A program made the position numbers and the translations under genes. A stretch of DNA of 64,000 nt from Alkalibacterium sp. GTDB taxonomy: Bacteria; Bacillota; Bacilli; Lactobacillales; Carnobacteriaceae_A. Location of the stretch: positions 25,654 to 89,653 of the forward strand of contig RECC01000056.1 of NCBI GenBank assembly GCA_007692455.1, given 5' to 3'. This document shows, piece after piece, positions 45,383-55,056 of the stretch; positions within the stretch are counted from its first letter, which is position 1; each line of letters starts with the position of its first letter. Below the pieces are notes generated by a model that did not search any database, was not told the origin of the DNA, and saw nothing but the letters and a program-made list of their open reading frames with translations.

Positions 45383-46276
45383 ATGATTAAATTAATAGTG
45401 TCGGATATGGACGGAACGCTACTGAATGAGCATATGGACATTTCACAGGCCAATGTATCAGCAATCAAACGGGTTCAGGAGCAGGGTATTCACTTTGCCA
45501 TTGCCACAGGCCGAGACTATCCGATGGCTGCTCCGCTGCTTAAGAAGCAGACTATTCTTTGTCCGCTGATTGCTCAGAACGGTGCTCAGTTTTTCGACGG
45601 ATCTGGTGAAAATCTGTATAATATTGGACTCGAGAAGAAAATGGTCAGACAGATTCTGTCGGTTTTTTCCAGACACGAAGGCCTCCACGAAGAACTCATG
45701 ACTTCAGACGGGATGTATTCTGACAACAAGGAAGTACGTGAAGAGATGGTGGCAGGTATGCTGTCTGATATGAACCCGGACATTTCCATGGAGGAAGCTT
45801 ATGAACGCGCGGCGGAACACATTGACGACATGCCGATTACCTTTGTGGATGACTATGCGGAAGTCATTGATAACGACAGCATCGTCATTTTGAAAGTATC
45901 TGTCCATTCGAAAAAAGGGCCTCAAGTGCTCCAGCCATTGAAAAAAGAGCTGTACGATGAAATACCAGCCTTGGCGATTACAGCTTCCAGTGAGCGCAAT
46001 CTGGAAATCAATCATCAGGCCGCTCAGAAAGGCATAGCTGTGAAAAAGCTGGCCCGTCAGCTCGGATTAAAAGCGAGTCAGGTCATGACTATTGGTGATA
46101 ACATAAACGACTTGTCCATGCTCGAATGGGCTGATTATTCTGTCGCCATGAAAAATGCTGTGCCTGAAGCTAAAGAAGCGGCGAAATTTTATACTTCCAG
46201 CAACAGGGACAATGGCGTTGCCGAGGCAATATCCCGCGTACTCAGCGGCAACATCTATAAAGAACAAAAACAGTAA
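45383..46276 (+). CDS. Cof-type HAD hydrolase
   Basis: SDMDGTLL, ATGR, IGDNINDLSM. Confidence 0.92.
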   Translation: MIKLIVSDMDGTLLNEHMDISQANVSAIKRVQEQGIHFAIATGRDYPMAAPLLKKQTILCPLIAQNGAQFFDGSGENLYNIGLEKKMVRQILSVFSRHEGLHEELMTSDGMYSDNKEVREEMVAGMLSDMNPDISMEEAYERAAEHIDDMPITFVDDYAEVIDNDSIVILKVSVHSKKGPQVLQPLKKELYDEIPALAITASSERNLEINHQAAQKGIAVKKLARQLGLKASQVMTIGDNINDLSMLEWADYSVAMKNAVPEAKEAAKFYTSSNRDNGVAEAISRVLSGNIYKEQKQ

Positions 46277-46323
46277 CTGCTTATCCATTTACAAAGAGAA
46301 GGGCCCTCTGGTCCTTCTCTTTT

Positions 46324-46953
46324 TTAATCGTTTTTTCTATCCTCTACAGATATGTCCTGAAGAATCTCACTGAAGCGGTGAGTCAGATGAGCCGTATAGC
46401 CCCACAGAAAATTTTCGCTCAGTCTGTAAAAGGGAATGCTCTGTTCTCTCATGCTCCACTTATGTGCGTTGCCATTAGATATGAGTTCGAAAGGGAAATC
46501 GTCTGCGTGTTCAACTCTCAAATTAACTGGGTGAAATTCCGGCTCATTTTCCACAAAGTAGGTTACCGGTATAGTAAACACTTTTTCTACTTCCTCATTG
46601 GGCTGAAGTGACTCAACAGTCAGATTGACCAATTCGCCTACAAAGCAGCGAATGATATGTGAAGGAGCCGCAATGTAATCAATTTCTCCAATAAGAGAAA
46701 TATTTTCCCGTTTGATATTCAGTTCTTCCTGCGTCTCTCTCAGTGCAGCCGCCTCATAAGACTCTCCCGCCTCAACAGTCCCCCCAGGAAAAGATGTTTC
46801 TCCTGGCTGAGAAATGCTTCGGCTTCTTTTTTCATACAAAACATGCCACTCACCGTCCAACTCGATTAAGGGCAGGAGAACCGAAAAATGCTTCTGTATA
46901 CCAAGAGGTTGGGGCGTATATCCTGCTAGTTTACCTTTAATTTTATTAATCAT
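46324..46953 (-). CDS. Nudix hydrolase, CoA pyrophosphatase-like
   Basis: QPGETSFPGG...AALRETQEEL, LWGYTA. Confidence 0.88.
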   Translation of the reverse strand: MINKIKGKLAGYTPQPLGIQKHFSVLLPLIELDGEWHVLYEKRSRSISQPGETSFPGGTVEAGESYEAAALRETQEELNIKRENISLIGEIDYIAAPSHIIRCFVGELVNLTVESLQPNEEVEKVFTIPVTYFVENEPEFHPVNLRVEHADDFPFELISNGNAHKWSMREQSIPFYRLSENFLWGYTAHLTHRFSEILQDISVEDRKND

Positions 46954-47016
46954 AATCATTCTCCATTTAAAGTCACTTTTGTACATCATACCATATGACT
47001 AAAGTCCGTCTCTATC

Positions 47017-47748
47017 CTAATTTAAGCACGTTTCAATCTGATTTACCCACTGCGAAATAGAAGAAATAAAAACCTGACTAAAAAAATGATTTAACTGAGT
47101 CGGCTCTTTATTGACCAGCATACTCTTCTGTCCCATATAGTCAAAAATCAGGCCCGCAGCAGGGTATACATTCAGACTCGTTCCCATTACTAGGAGACAA
47201 TCTGCCTGACGAATAGCATCACTGCTTTCTGAGATAACCGACATGTTCAACATTTCGCCGTACAGAACGATATCCGGCCGGACCCACGTCTCTCCAATCA
47301 GCCATTTATCTTCAAACTCGGTCACTAAGTCAACAGGATAGCTTTTTCCAGATTGATCCACTACTCGTCGCGTGCTGCCATGAAGTTCCAAAACTTTCCG
47401 ATTTCCCGCTTTTTGATGCAGCCCATCAATGTTTTGGGTTATGATGGTCACATCATGTCCCCTTTCTTCAAGTTCACCAAGGAAGAGATGACCCGCATTC
47501 GGTTCAGCTCCAGGATAAAAAAGTTTATCTTTGTAAAATTGATAGAACTGGCTTGGGTTTTTCTCAAAAAATGACCGGCTCAGTACCTCTTCCAGAGGTG
47601 TCTCCGTTTGGTTTTTCTGATTGTACAAGCCCCCCGAGGACCTGAAATCAGGGATGCCACTTTCGGTCGACATACCCGCACCTGTCAATACGACTATCTT
47701 GTCGGCTTCTTCAAGCCAGCGGGCACATTGTTTAATGCTATCCATCAT
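47017..47748 (-). CDS. cobB: NAD-dependent protein deacylase (sirtuin)
   Basis: GAGMSTESGIPDFRS, TQNIDGLH, LHGS, RPDIVLYGE, GTSL. Confidence 0.93.
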   Translation of the reverse strand: MMDSIKQCARWLEEADKIVVLTGAGMSTESGIPDFRSSGGLYNQKNQTETPLEEVLSRSFFEKNPSQFYQFYKDKLFYPGAEPNAGHLFLGELEERGHDVTIITQNIDGLHQKAGNRKVLELHGSTRRVVDQSGKSYPVDLVTEFEDKWLIGETWVRPDIVLYGEMLNMSVISESSDAIRQADCLLVMGTSLNVYPAAGLIFDYMGQKSMLVNKEPTQLNHFFSQVFISSISQWVNQIETCLN

Positions 47749-47861
47749 TTTCCCTCCTGATTTTTTTGCTGTTTTTACTTATTTAAATTATACTGAACGT
47801 GTCAAAACAAATACTTTCTTTTATTTATCTTACACTATACTATCAACTGGAGGCTATATAC

Positions 47862-48686
47862 ATGACTACACCTAAACTCACTCTGACTATTGCCGGTAAT
47901 GACGCCAGCGGAGGTGCTGGTATTGCAGCTGACTTAAAGACATTTGCAGAATACGGTACTTTCGGCATTGCAGCCTTGACGGTCATTGCCACGATGGACC
48001 CTAACAATAACTGGAGTCATGGTGTCACACCGATTGACGCATCTGTTGTCAGAGATCAGCTGGTGACTGCTTTTGCCGGACCAAGCATCGCAGCAGCTAA
48101 AACAGGCATGCTGCCTAATGCTGAAGTTGTCAAAGTCATAGCTGAGGAAGTTAGAAAGCACCCAACTATGCCCCTAATTGTCGATCCTGTAATGGTCTGC
48201 AAAGGAGAAACCGAAGTGCTCAACCCGGAAAACGTCGAAGCGATAAAAGAACTGCTTGTCCCACTGGCTACCGTCATCACACCGAATCTATTTGAAGCCG
48301 GTCAGCTTGCAGAAACCGGTCTTCTGTTCACTCTCGAAGACATGCAGAAAGCCGCTCGCATCATTTATGAAAAAGGCGCGGATGTTGTCGTGATTAAAGG
48401 TGGCAAGGCTCTGAAAGGCGATGAAGCAATAGACCTCGTTTACGATGGAGAGAATTTCACTACACTTAAAACGAGAAAAATTGAGCAAGCGACCAATCAT
48501 GGAGCCGGTTGTACCTTTGCTGCTGCAATCACTGCCGGAATCGCTAAAGGATTGCCTCCTCTTGAAGCTGTCGAAAAGGCCAAAAACTTTGTAACAGAAG
48601 CTATTGAAGCCGGCTTTAAGTACAATCAGTTTGTCGGACCCGTTTTCCACAGTGGCTATCGCCTTAACAGGCAATCGGACATTTAA
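47862..48686 (+). CDS. pdxK: pyridoxal/hydroxymethylpyrimidine kinase (ThiD-like PdxK)
   Basis: TIAGNDASGGAGIAADLKT, DPVMVCKG, HGAGCT; ATG at 47862 after GGAGG. Confidence 0.85.
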   Translation: MTTPKLTLTIAGNDASGGAGIAADLKTFAEYGTFGIAALTVIATMDPNNNWSHGVTPIDASVVRDQLVTAFAGPSIAAAKTGMLPNAEVVKVIAEEVRKHPTMPLIVDPVMVCKGETEVLNPENVEAIKELLVPLATVITPNLFEAGQLAETGLLFTLEDMQKAARIIYEKGADVVVIKGGKALKGDEAIDLVYDGENFTTLKTRKIEQATNHGAGCTFAAAITAGIAKGLPPLEAVEKAKNFVTEAIEAGFKYNQFVGPVFHSGYRLNRQSDI

Positions 48687-48772
48687 AGGCTAACTCCAGT
48701 CTTTAACTAGGATACACTTTTGCTTCTGCTTTCGTTTATATAAATAAGCGAAACAAAGGAGGTGTGTCCAAA

Positions 48773-48937
48773 ATGACAGAAAGCCAACTCTTTCCTGCCC
48801 TTGTAGAAGTCATTGCGAATGTCGGATTTCCCATCTTCATTTCCGTAGTGCTTCTGCACCGCATGGAAAACAAACTCGATGCAGTCGTCAGTGCACTCAA
48901 TGAGCTCACGACGGTGACAGCTCGATCACAGAAATAA
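48773..48937 (+). CDS. YvrJ family small membrane protein (54 aa, not in ORF track)
   Basis: Manual translation MTESQLFPALVEVIANVGFPIFISVVLLHRMENKLDAVVSALNELTTVTARSQK; AAGGAGG RBS; NVGFPI..LL.R.E.KLD signature. Confidence 0.88.
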   Translation: MTESQLFPALVEVIANVGFPIFISVVLLHRMENKLDAVVSALNELTTVTARSQK

Positions 48938-49061
48938 AGTCTGTACCTGTTAGAAAATATTTTGCAATCAGACAAGGCTCAGCCTATCATAAGATCCTGA
49001 TTTGGTGATATAATTATACTGAAATCAAGTGTGGCTGTTCGCAAATCGAGAGGTGAGAATA

Positions 49062-49634
49062 ATGACTCGTTTATTTATCCATAAAGAGTACAAGTCTCTT
49101 CAAGATAGAATGATTGTCAAAAATGAATCGGGTCAGGAAGTTTACCTGATTGTAGGAAAATGGGGAAGGTTAGGAGACAAACTTTCCATTTATACAATTG
49201 ACGGCAGACGCCTTGTTGAGGCAAAACAGGTTATCCTTTCATTTTTCCCTAAATTTCGCTTGTATCAGGATGGGAAAAAAATTGGTTCGCTTAAAAAACG
49301 TCCCGGCTTATCGGGTGTCAAAAAACCGTTTTTTACTGTGACCCGATTAAACTGGATTATCAGTGCGGACTATGACAAGCAGATATTTACGGTTAGACGG
49401 TTCGGACGGAAAATAGTAACTATCCAGAAAACCATGTCCTACTCAGGTGAGCAGTATATGCTGACTTTTCAAAATGAACGTCTGGCACCAATTGCCTGCG
49501 TCGTGGCTCCTCTGCTTGACCACTATGACAAGAACAGTGACCCGCTCTTAAAGGAAATCAGAGAGCAGCGATACAGTCTGAGCTTTATGCGCCCGGTTTT
49601 CATCAAATTAAAAAAAATCATTTTCTCAAGATAG
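49062..49634 (+). CDS. LURP-one/tubby-C-like (YxjI-like) protein
   Basis: Beta-rich YLIVGKWGRLGDKLSIY...FPKFRLY; GAGGTG RBS. Confidence 0.7.
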   Translation: MTRLFIHKEYKSLQDRMIVKNESGQEVYLIVGKWGRLGDKLSIYTIDGRRLVEAKQVILSFFPKFRLYQDGKKIGSLKKRPGLSGVKKPFFTVTRLNWIISADYDKQIFTVRRFGRKIVTIQKTMSYSGEQYMLTFQNERLAPIACVVAPLLDHYDKNSDPLLKEIREQRYSLSFMRPVFIKLKKIIFSR

Positions 49635-49685
49635 AGCAGATAAAAAGACTTTCTTCCGCAGCAAAAAGTGGAGAAAGTCTTTATT

Positions 49686-50246
49686 TTATATTTTTTTCTG
49701 CATGTGGTCATACTGGTGTTCAGCTAAAGTAATCTCGCCTGTTTTCACAAACCCCTGAGCTTCATATAAAGCTTTCGCCCGGGGATTATCATGATCAACA
49801 TTTAAACCGACAACCGGCATCCCTACAGAGCGGGCGCGCTTGTAAGCAGCTTCCATCAGTTCTTTCCCGATGCCCCTCCCCCGGAAATCCGGATGTGTGA
49901 CGATGGAATCAATGTACCATTCTCCCGGAACTGTTTCATTAGCCATAAACGTTTCAAACTGAGGCAGATTATGGGCATCCAAAATAGTGGATAGTGGTTC
50001 ATAGACAGTGTCACTTAAACCACCTTTGTAGCCAAAGCAAAAGCCGGCTATCTGGCCGTCGATGTCTTTCACCAAGGCATTTTTGTAACTCTGCCTGTAG
50101 TTTTCCATTTTAGCCGCTTCCACTAATGCCGGTTTCAGTTCTTCCCAGGACACCTTGTCCATAATCGGCAATTCCATATCCGTTAAAATAATTCTAAATA
50201 GCTCAACGACCTGTTCAGCATCTTCTTTCCTTGCTTCTCTAATCAT
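49686..50246 (-). CDS. GNAT family N-acetyltransferase
   Basis: EWYIDSIVTHPDFRGRGIG, NPRAKALYEAQGF. Confidence 0.92.
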   Translation of the reverse strand: MIREARKEDAEQVVELFRIILTDMELPIMDKVSWEELKPALVEAAKMENYRQSYKNALVKDIDGQIAGFCFGYKGGLSDTVYEPLSTILDAHNLPQFETFMANETVPGEWYIDSIVTHPDFRGRGIGKELMEAAYKRARSVGMPVVGLNVDHDNPRAKALYEAQGFVKTGEITLAEHQYDHMQKKI

Positions 50247-50264
50247 TTCACTTCTCCTTATGTT

Positions 50265-52052
50265 CTACTTCGAGGGACTCTCCAGCAGGGTTTCCTTGAT
50301 TCGTCGGGCAACTTCTTCAGGAATCCCCAGCTCGGTCATCTCTTCTATTTCTGCTTCTTTCAGACGTTTCATTGACTTGAAGTGTCTGAGCACTTTAGTC
50401 CGGGTCTTTGGACCAACACCTCTAATATCATCCAACTGACTGGTAAAGCTGTTTTTACTTCGGACATTTCTATGAAAGGTAATGGCAAAGCGGTGCACTT
50501 CTTCCTGGATTCTCTGCACCAGATGGAAGGCCTGACTTCTCGGATTCAACACAACCGGCTCCAAGTCATCTCCAAAAAGCAGACCGGCCGTTCTATGCTT
50601 CTGATCCTTTACCATGCCTGCAACCGGAATGGACAGTGACAGTTCATTTTCCAGAACATCTACCGCTGCATTCACCTGTGCTTTTCCGCCGTCCATCAGG
50701 ATGAGATCGGGAAGCTCTCTTTTTTCTTTAAGCAGCCGACTGTATCTCCGGCGAATAACTTCCTGCGTAGTGGCGTATTCATTGCTTCCCACTACTGTCC
50801 TGATTTTATATTTACGATAATTTGTCTTATCCGGTATGCCGTCCTTGAAGGAAACCATTGCCGACACCGGATTTGTCCCCTGAATATTCGAGTGGTCAAA
50901 CGCTTCTATGCGTTCAATATAGGGCAGGTCAAGTATCGCTGACAGTTCTTCGATTGCACCCGTTGTTTTCTGCTCTTTCATCTCGATTAAACGGAACTTC
51001 TCTTTCAATGCCAGCTCACTGTTTTTACCGGTCAGATCAAGCAGCTCTTTTTTTCGCCCTTGTTTCGGGACATGCACTTTGGTCTCAAGCGTTTCTTCCA
51101 TCAAAGCAGTATCCACCGTCTCGGGCACGTACACTTCTTTTGGTATCTGATTATTACTGTCCTGATAATACTGAAGGATAAAACTCATCAGTTCTTCCTC
51201 AGGCGTGTCGATAATAGGAAACATGGTCGCTTCGCGTTTAATGAGGGTAGCTTGTCGCACGAAGAACACCTGAATCGATATCCAGCCTTTATCCATGTAA
51301 TAATTGAAGAAGTCTCTCGGTGTAAAATCATTTGAAATAATCGACTGCTTCTCAACTGTACGTTCAATATAAGATACCTGATCACGAAATTCAGCTGCCC
51401 GTTCGTAATTCATGTCTTCAGCGGCTTCCTGCATCTTCTCCCTCAAATCACGCTTGATGTCTGTGACATTCCCATTCAAGAAAGACTTGATACGTCTGAT
51501 TTGAGCATCGTATTCTTCCTTACTGACTTCATGATCGCATGGCCCAATACACTGACCCAGGTGGTAATAAAGACAGGCTCGATTTTGGTGGCCATTGCAT
51601 TTTCTTAATGGATAAATTTTCTGTATCAGCTGCTTTGTCTCAGAAGCAGCCCAAACATCAGGATAAGGACCGAAATAATACGCCCCGTCCTTTTCGACAT
51701 CTGATGTTATTACCAGCTGCGGGTCTTTTTCATTAGTGATTTTAAGATAAGGGTAACTCGTTCCTCTTTTTAAACGAATATTATATTTAGGCTGATGTTT
51801 CTGAATCAGTGTGACTTCAAGAAGTAGTGCTTCTTTGTCTGAACCTGTGACGATTGTTTCGAAATCGACGATGTCTTCAACAAGACGTTTCGTCTTCCCC
51901 ACATGTTCTCCTCGAAAATAAGAGCGCACACGATTCTTTAATTTTTTCGCTTTTCCTATATAGATAATGTCATCCGCTTTATTTTTCATAATGTAGCAGC
52001 CCGGTAAATCCGGCAGTAAAGCAAGCTTGTGCTCTATTATTTCTCTGGACAA
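50265..52052 (-). CDS. uvrC: excinuclease ABC subunit C
   Basis: GIY-YIG-like PGCYIM..IYIGKAK, Cys-rich region, IEAFDHS, DGGK, HhH. Confidence 0.98.
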   Translation of the reverse strand: MSREIIEHKLALLPDLPGCYIMKNKADDIIYIGKAKKLKNRVRSYFRGEHVGKTKRLVEDIVDFETIVTGSDKEALLLEVTLIQKHQPKYNIRLKRGTSYPYLKITNEKDPQLVITSDVEKDGAYYFGPYPDVWAASETKQLIQKIYPLRKCNGHQNRACLYYHLGQCIGPCDHEVSKEEYDAQIRRIKSFLNGNVTDIKRDLREKMQEAAEDMNYERAAEFRDQVSYIERTVEKQSIISNDFTPRDFFNYYMDKGWISIQVFFVRQATLIKREATMFPIIDTPEEELMSFILQYYQDSNNQIPKEVYVPETVDTALMEETLETKVHVPKQGRKKELLDLTGKNSELALKEKFRLIEMKEQKTTGAIEELSAILDLPYIERIEAFDHSNIQGTNPVSAMVSFKDGIPDKTNYRKYKIRTVVGSNEYATTQEVIRRRYSRLLKEKRELPDLILMDGGKAQVNAAVDVLENELSLSIPVAGMVKDQKHRTAGLLFGDDLEPVVLNPRSQAFHLVQRIQEEVHRFAITFHRNVRSKNSFTSQLDDIRGVGPKTRTKVLRHFKSMKRLKEAEIEEMTELGIPEEVARRIKETLLESPSK

Positions 52053-52079
52053 AAAAACACCTCCTTCAACTCTTCTATA

Positions 52080-52331
52080 CTAAACCTGTTCGAACAGGTA
52101 GACAGCATGAAACGTATTGTAATCCGACTTTCCAACTGTCACATCTTTGTAGATAAACGGTTTTCCCAGTTCATGCGTGCCGGCTTCGACAGCCTTCTTT
52201 ATGTCTTCAGCAATATCAGCATATAGCTGATCCAGTTCTTCATCACTCAGTTCTCCGTGTGCTGCTTCCCATGCATCTAGAAATGCCTGTTCATCTTTAT
52301 CCCGGTAGAAGTCTATTAACAGTTCTTCCAT
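52080..52331 (-). CDS. hypothetical acidic protein (83 aa)
   Basis: AAGGAG RBS; co-oriented with and just upstream of uvrC. Confidence 0.75.
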   Translation of the reverse strand: MEELLIDFYRDKDEQAFLDAWEAAHGELSDEELDQLYADIAEDIKKAVEAGTHELGKPFIYKDVTVGKSDYNTFHAVYLFEQV

Positions 52332-52526
52332 ATCTAAAAATACTCCTTTCTATCCTCTCTTTGTCCTTAATAGTTTATCAAAAATGGGAACATTTGTCAG
52401 CTTTAGAAGCGATTCACCCTAAACTGCTGAGCTGTAGATTACATCTGAATCATTTAACCGCTTTCTTCTAATTGTGCTATACTGGATTTGTTATGCAATA
52501 GAGACTATTTATAAGGAGTGGATAGG

Positions 52527-53510
52527 ATGAAATACAATCAATTAGGTGATTCCGGAATTACAGTAAGTGAACTGGGCTTCGGTACCTGGGCCATCGGTGG
52601 CGACTGGGGGACTCACAGTGATGAAGAAGCATTAAAGGGTCTTGACCGGGCAATGGACGCTGGCGTGAATTTCTTTGATACTGCAGATGTATATGGTGGC
52701 GGCCACAGTGAAGAACTGCTGGCTAAAGCAACAAAAGGGAAAGAAGACCGTATTCATGTCGCTACTAAATTTATTCGTTATGGTGACATTGACGACCCGG
52801 CTAACTACTCCGAGAAGGTTGTCAGAGAGTATCTGGAAAACAGTCTGCGTCGTTTGAATAGAGACACCATCGACTTGTACCAGATTCACTGTGCACCTTT
52901 GGACATGCTGAAAAATACAGACATCTTTCCCATTCTGGATACACTGAAACAGGAAGGTAAAATCAGAAGCTATGGTGTCAGTGTCGAAACAGACGAAGAA
53001 GGCCTCTATGTTTTGGAAAATACGAATGCCAGCTCGCTGCAGGTCATTTTCAACATGCTCCGACAGAAACCGCTGGAAGAACTTTTCCCGAAAGCTCAGG
53101 AAAAAGGTGTCGGCATTCTTGCACGTGTTCCCCTGGCTAGTGGTCTATTGACCGGGAAGTTTTCAAAAAACCACAGTTTTGAAGACAGCGATCACCGTAA
53201 TTTCAATAAAGACGGTGCAGCCTTCAACGTCGGCGAAACTTTTGGCGGTCTTCCTTTTGAAAAAGGGGTCGAGTTGAGTGAGCAACTCAAATGGATTGGA
53301 GACAACCGCGGCAGCATGACGCGTGCAGCTCTGAAATGGGTTATGCAGCAGGAAGCGGTGACCAGTGTCATCCCCGGCTTTAAAAATGAAAAGCAGGTCC
53401 TGGATAATTTGAAATCAATTGATGTGCCTGATTTCAGCAAGCAGGAATTGGACAGAATCAGTGATTTTTACTGGAAAGAAGTGCACGATCACATCCGTGG
53501 ACCTTACTAA
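52527..53510 (+). CDS. aldo/keto reductase
   Basis: LGFGTWAIGG, FDTADVYG, IDLYQIH, PLASGLLTGK. Confidence 0.94.
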   Translation: MKYNQLGDSGITVSELGFGTWAIGGDWGTHSDEEALKGLDRAMDAGVNFFDTADVYGGGHSEELLAKATKGKEDRIHVATKFIRYGDIDDPANYSEKVVREYLENSLRRLNRDTIDLYQIHCAPLDMLKNTDIFPILDTLKQEGKIRSYGVSVETDEEGLYVLENTNASSLQVIFNMLRQKPLEELFPKAQEKGVGILARVPLASGLLTGKFSKNHSFEDSDHRNFNKDGAAFNVGETFGGLPFEKGVELSEQLKWIGDNRGSMTRAALKWVMQQEAVTSVIPGFKNEKQVLDNLKSIDVPDFSKQELDRISDFYWKEVHDHIRGPY

Positions 53511-53690
53511 AATTTAATTTTAGCCTTTTGTGACAAGCGTCTCGAGTATTTCTCGGGATGCTTGTTTTTGTATTGTATACCGTCCAATAAATTGATAGGA
53601 TTGACTATAGTATGTTGAAGTGCTTATGTCCAGATTGAACAATTGATTACTCTAAAATAAGGATTTCCCCCTCAGAAAGGAGATGCTATA

Positions 53691-54278
53691 ATGAAGCCTG
53701 ATTCAAGTAGCCGCCGGTATAACATTCATATAGGGCAGACTTTGGTATTGACTCGGATTGCTTTATTGACTGCTCTCGTATCGGTAGGTCGACTTTCTTT
53801 TTCTTTTTTACCAAATGTTCAGCCGATGACTGTTCTACTTGTTTGTATTACACTTTATTATGGCTGGAGACACGGATTGGTAGTCTCACTGCTTTCTGTA
53901 CTCATAACCAATATGACTCTCGGGATGGGTCCCTGGACTTTTGCTCAGATGGCAGGCTACAGTGTTCTGATATTACTGACTGCCCTGCTCGAAGAGTCAC
54001 ATGAGTCCATACCGCTGCCTGTTCTGCAGGTTTATGCAGCCTTTCTGGGAATACTTTACGGACTCATTGTTTCCCTTGTTCAAGCTCCAATTTTTGGCTG
54101 GAACATATTTATACCCTATTACCTTTCTGGCATTGGATACGACTTTCTCCATGCTTTCGGAAATCTGGCTTTTATGCCACTTTTATACCCAGTCTGCATG
54201 CGTGTATTTCGTTTAACAGATAAGTCTTCCATCCGTCAACACAGCGGAAAGAAAATCAAAGGAGAAACTTATGAATAA
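53691..54278 (+). CDS. ECF transporter S component (CbrT-like, probable cobalamin)
   Basis: LPNVQPMT, GPWTFAQM, YDFLHAFGN; several TM helices. Confidence 0.8.
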   Translation: MKPDSSSRRYNIHIGQTLVLTRIALLTALVSVGRLSFSFLPNVQPMTVLLVCITLYYGWRHGLVVSLLSVLITNMTLGMGPWTFAQMAGYSVLILLTALLEESHESIPLPVLQVYAAFLGILYGLIVSLVQAPIFGWNIFIPYYLSGIGYDFLHAFGNLAFMPLLYPVCMRVFRLTDKSSIRQHSGKKIKGETYE

Positions 54279-54663
54279 AAAAGAAAAATATTTATTTGCT
54301 GTAGCTATAGTTGTCGTTTTCATTGTCTTCCTGCTCGTTTCAACAGGGCTGGCCTCCAATAATCCAGGTACCACTGATCAGGATCAGGAAGTTCAGGTTG
54401 TCATCCTGGCACACGATGAAGAACTGGTCAATGAAACTGTCACAGTTGCTTCAGATACAAACTTACTTGATTTAATGCAGCAGAACTACGACACAGTCAT
54501 CACAGATGACGGCTTTATCGAATCAATCGAGGGAGTCGATCAGAATCCCGAAGAAAGCCTCTTCTGGATATTTGAAGTAAATGAAGAAATGGTCAATGAA
54601 AGTGCAGAAGACTTCATTCCCCAAGAAGATGATATAATCACCTGGGAATTAATCTCCTTCTAA
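54271..54663 (+). CDS. membrane-anchored DUF4430 (transcobalamin-like C-terminal) protein
   Basis: N-terminal TM, GFIESIEG, WIFEVNEEM, D.ITWEL; overlaps the stop of the S-component gene. Confidence 0.8.
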   Translation: MNKKEKYLFAVAIVVVFIVFLLVSTGLASNNPGTTDQDQEVQVVILAHDEELVNETVTVASDTNLLDLMQQNYDTVITDDGFIESIEGVDQNPEESLFWIFEVNEEMVNESAEDFIPQEDDIITWELISF

Positions 54664-54685
54664 ACAGAAAAACACACCAAATCGG

Positions 54686-54728
54686 TAGAGCCTGCTTTTA
54701 TTTTCATAAAAGACAGGCTCTATTTTTT
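54686..54728 (+). terminator. intrinsic terminator
   Basis: TAGAGCCTG...CAGGCTCTA-TTTTTT. Confidence 0.8.
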
Positions 54729-54755
54729 ATGACATCCGAGAATCTCTAGCGTTGT

Positions 54756-54898
54756 TGTGACTACTTCTCGCGAGATTGCTTCATGAACTGGTCTCAATAA
54801 TAGTTCAGTGACTACTTCTCGCGAGATTGCTTCATAAACTAGTCTCAATAGCAGTTTAGTGACTACTTCTTTCGTAATCACCATCTTAAGTTGTCTCA
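54756..54898. repeat. 3-unit array, 51-bp period, inverted 11-bp half-sites (WGWGACnASTT)
   Basis: GTGACTACTTCT at 54757, 54808, 54859; reverse half-sites AACTGGTCTCA, AACTAGTCTCA, AAGTTGTCTCA. Confidence 0.88.
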
Positions 54899-55056
54899 AT
54901 TATCTTTAATAAGGCATTTCTCACTTACTCTCCACTGCAAATCACATAACCATAAGAATAGCTTTAGCTTTCTTCATTTCACTTACAATTAAAAAATCCG
55001 CAAGAACGGCTATAGGCGTTTTTGCGGATTCCTTATTCTCATCGGGCATTCAGTGA

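Noticed and set aside
48736-48975. 79-aa minus-strand ORF
   Set aside because: Shadow of the YvrJ-family gene on the plus strand, which has the RBS and the family signature.
52084-52400. Possible LexA box for uvrC (CCTGTTCGAACAGG; GGAACATTTGTC)
   Set aside because: Neither fits CGAAC-N4-GTTCG well, and the first lies inside a coding region.
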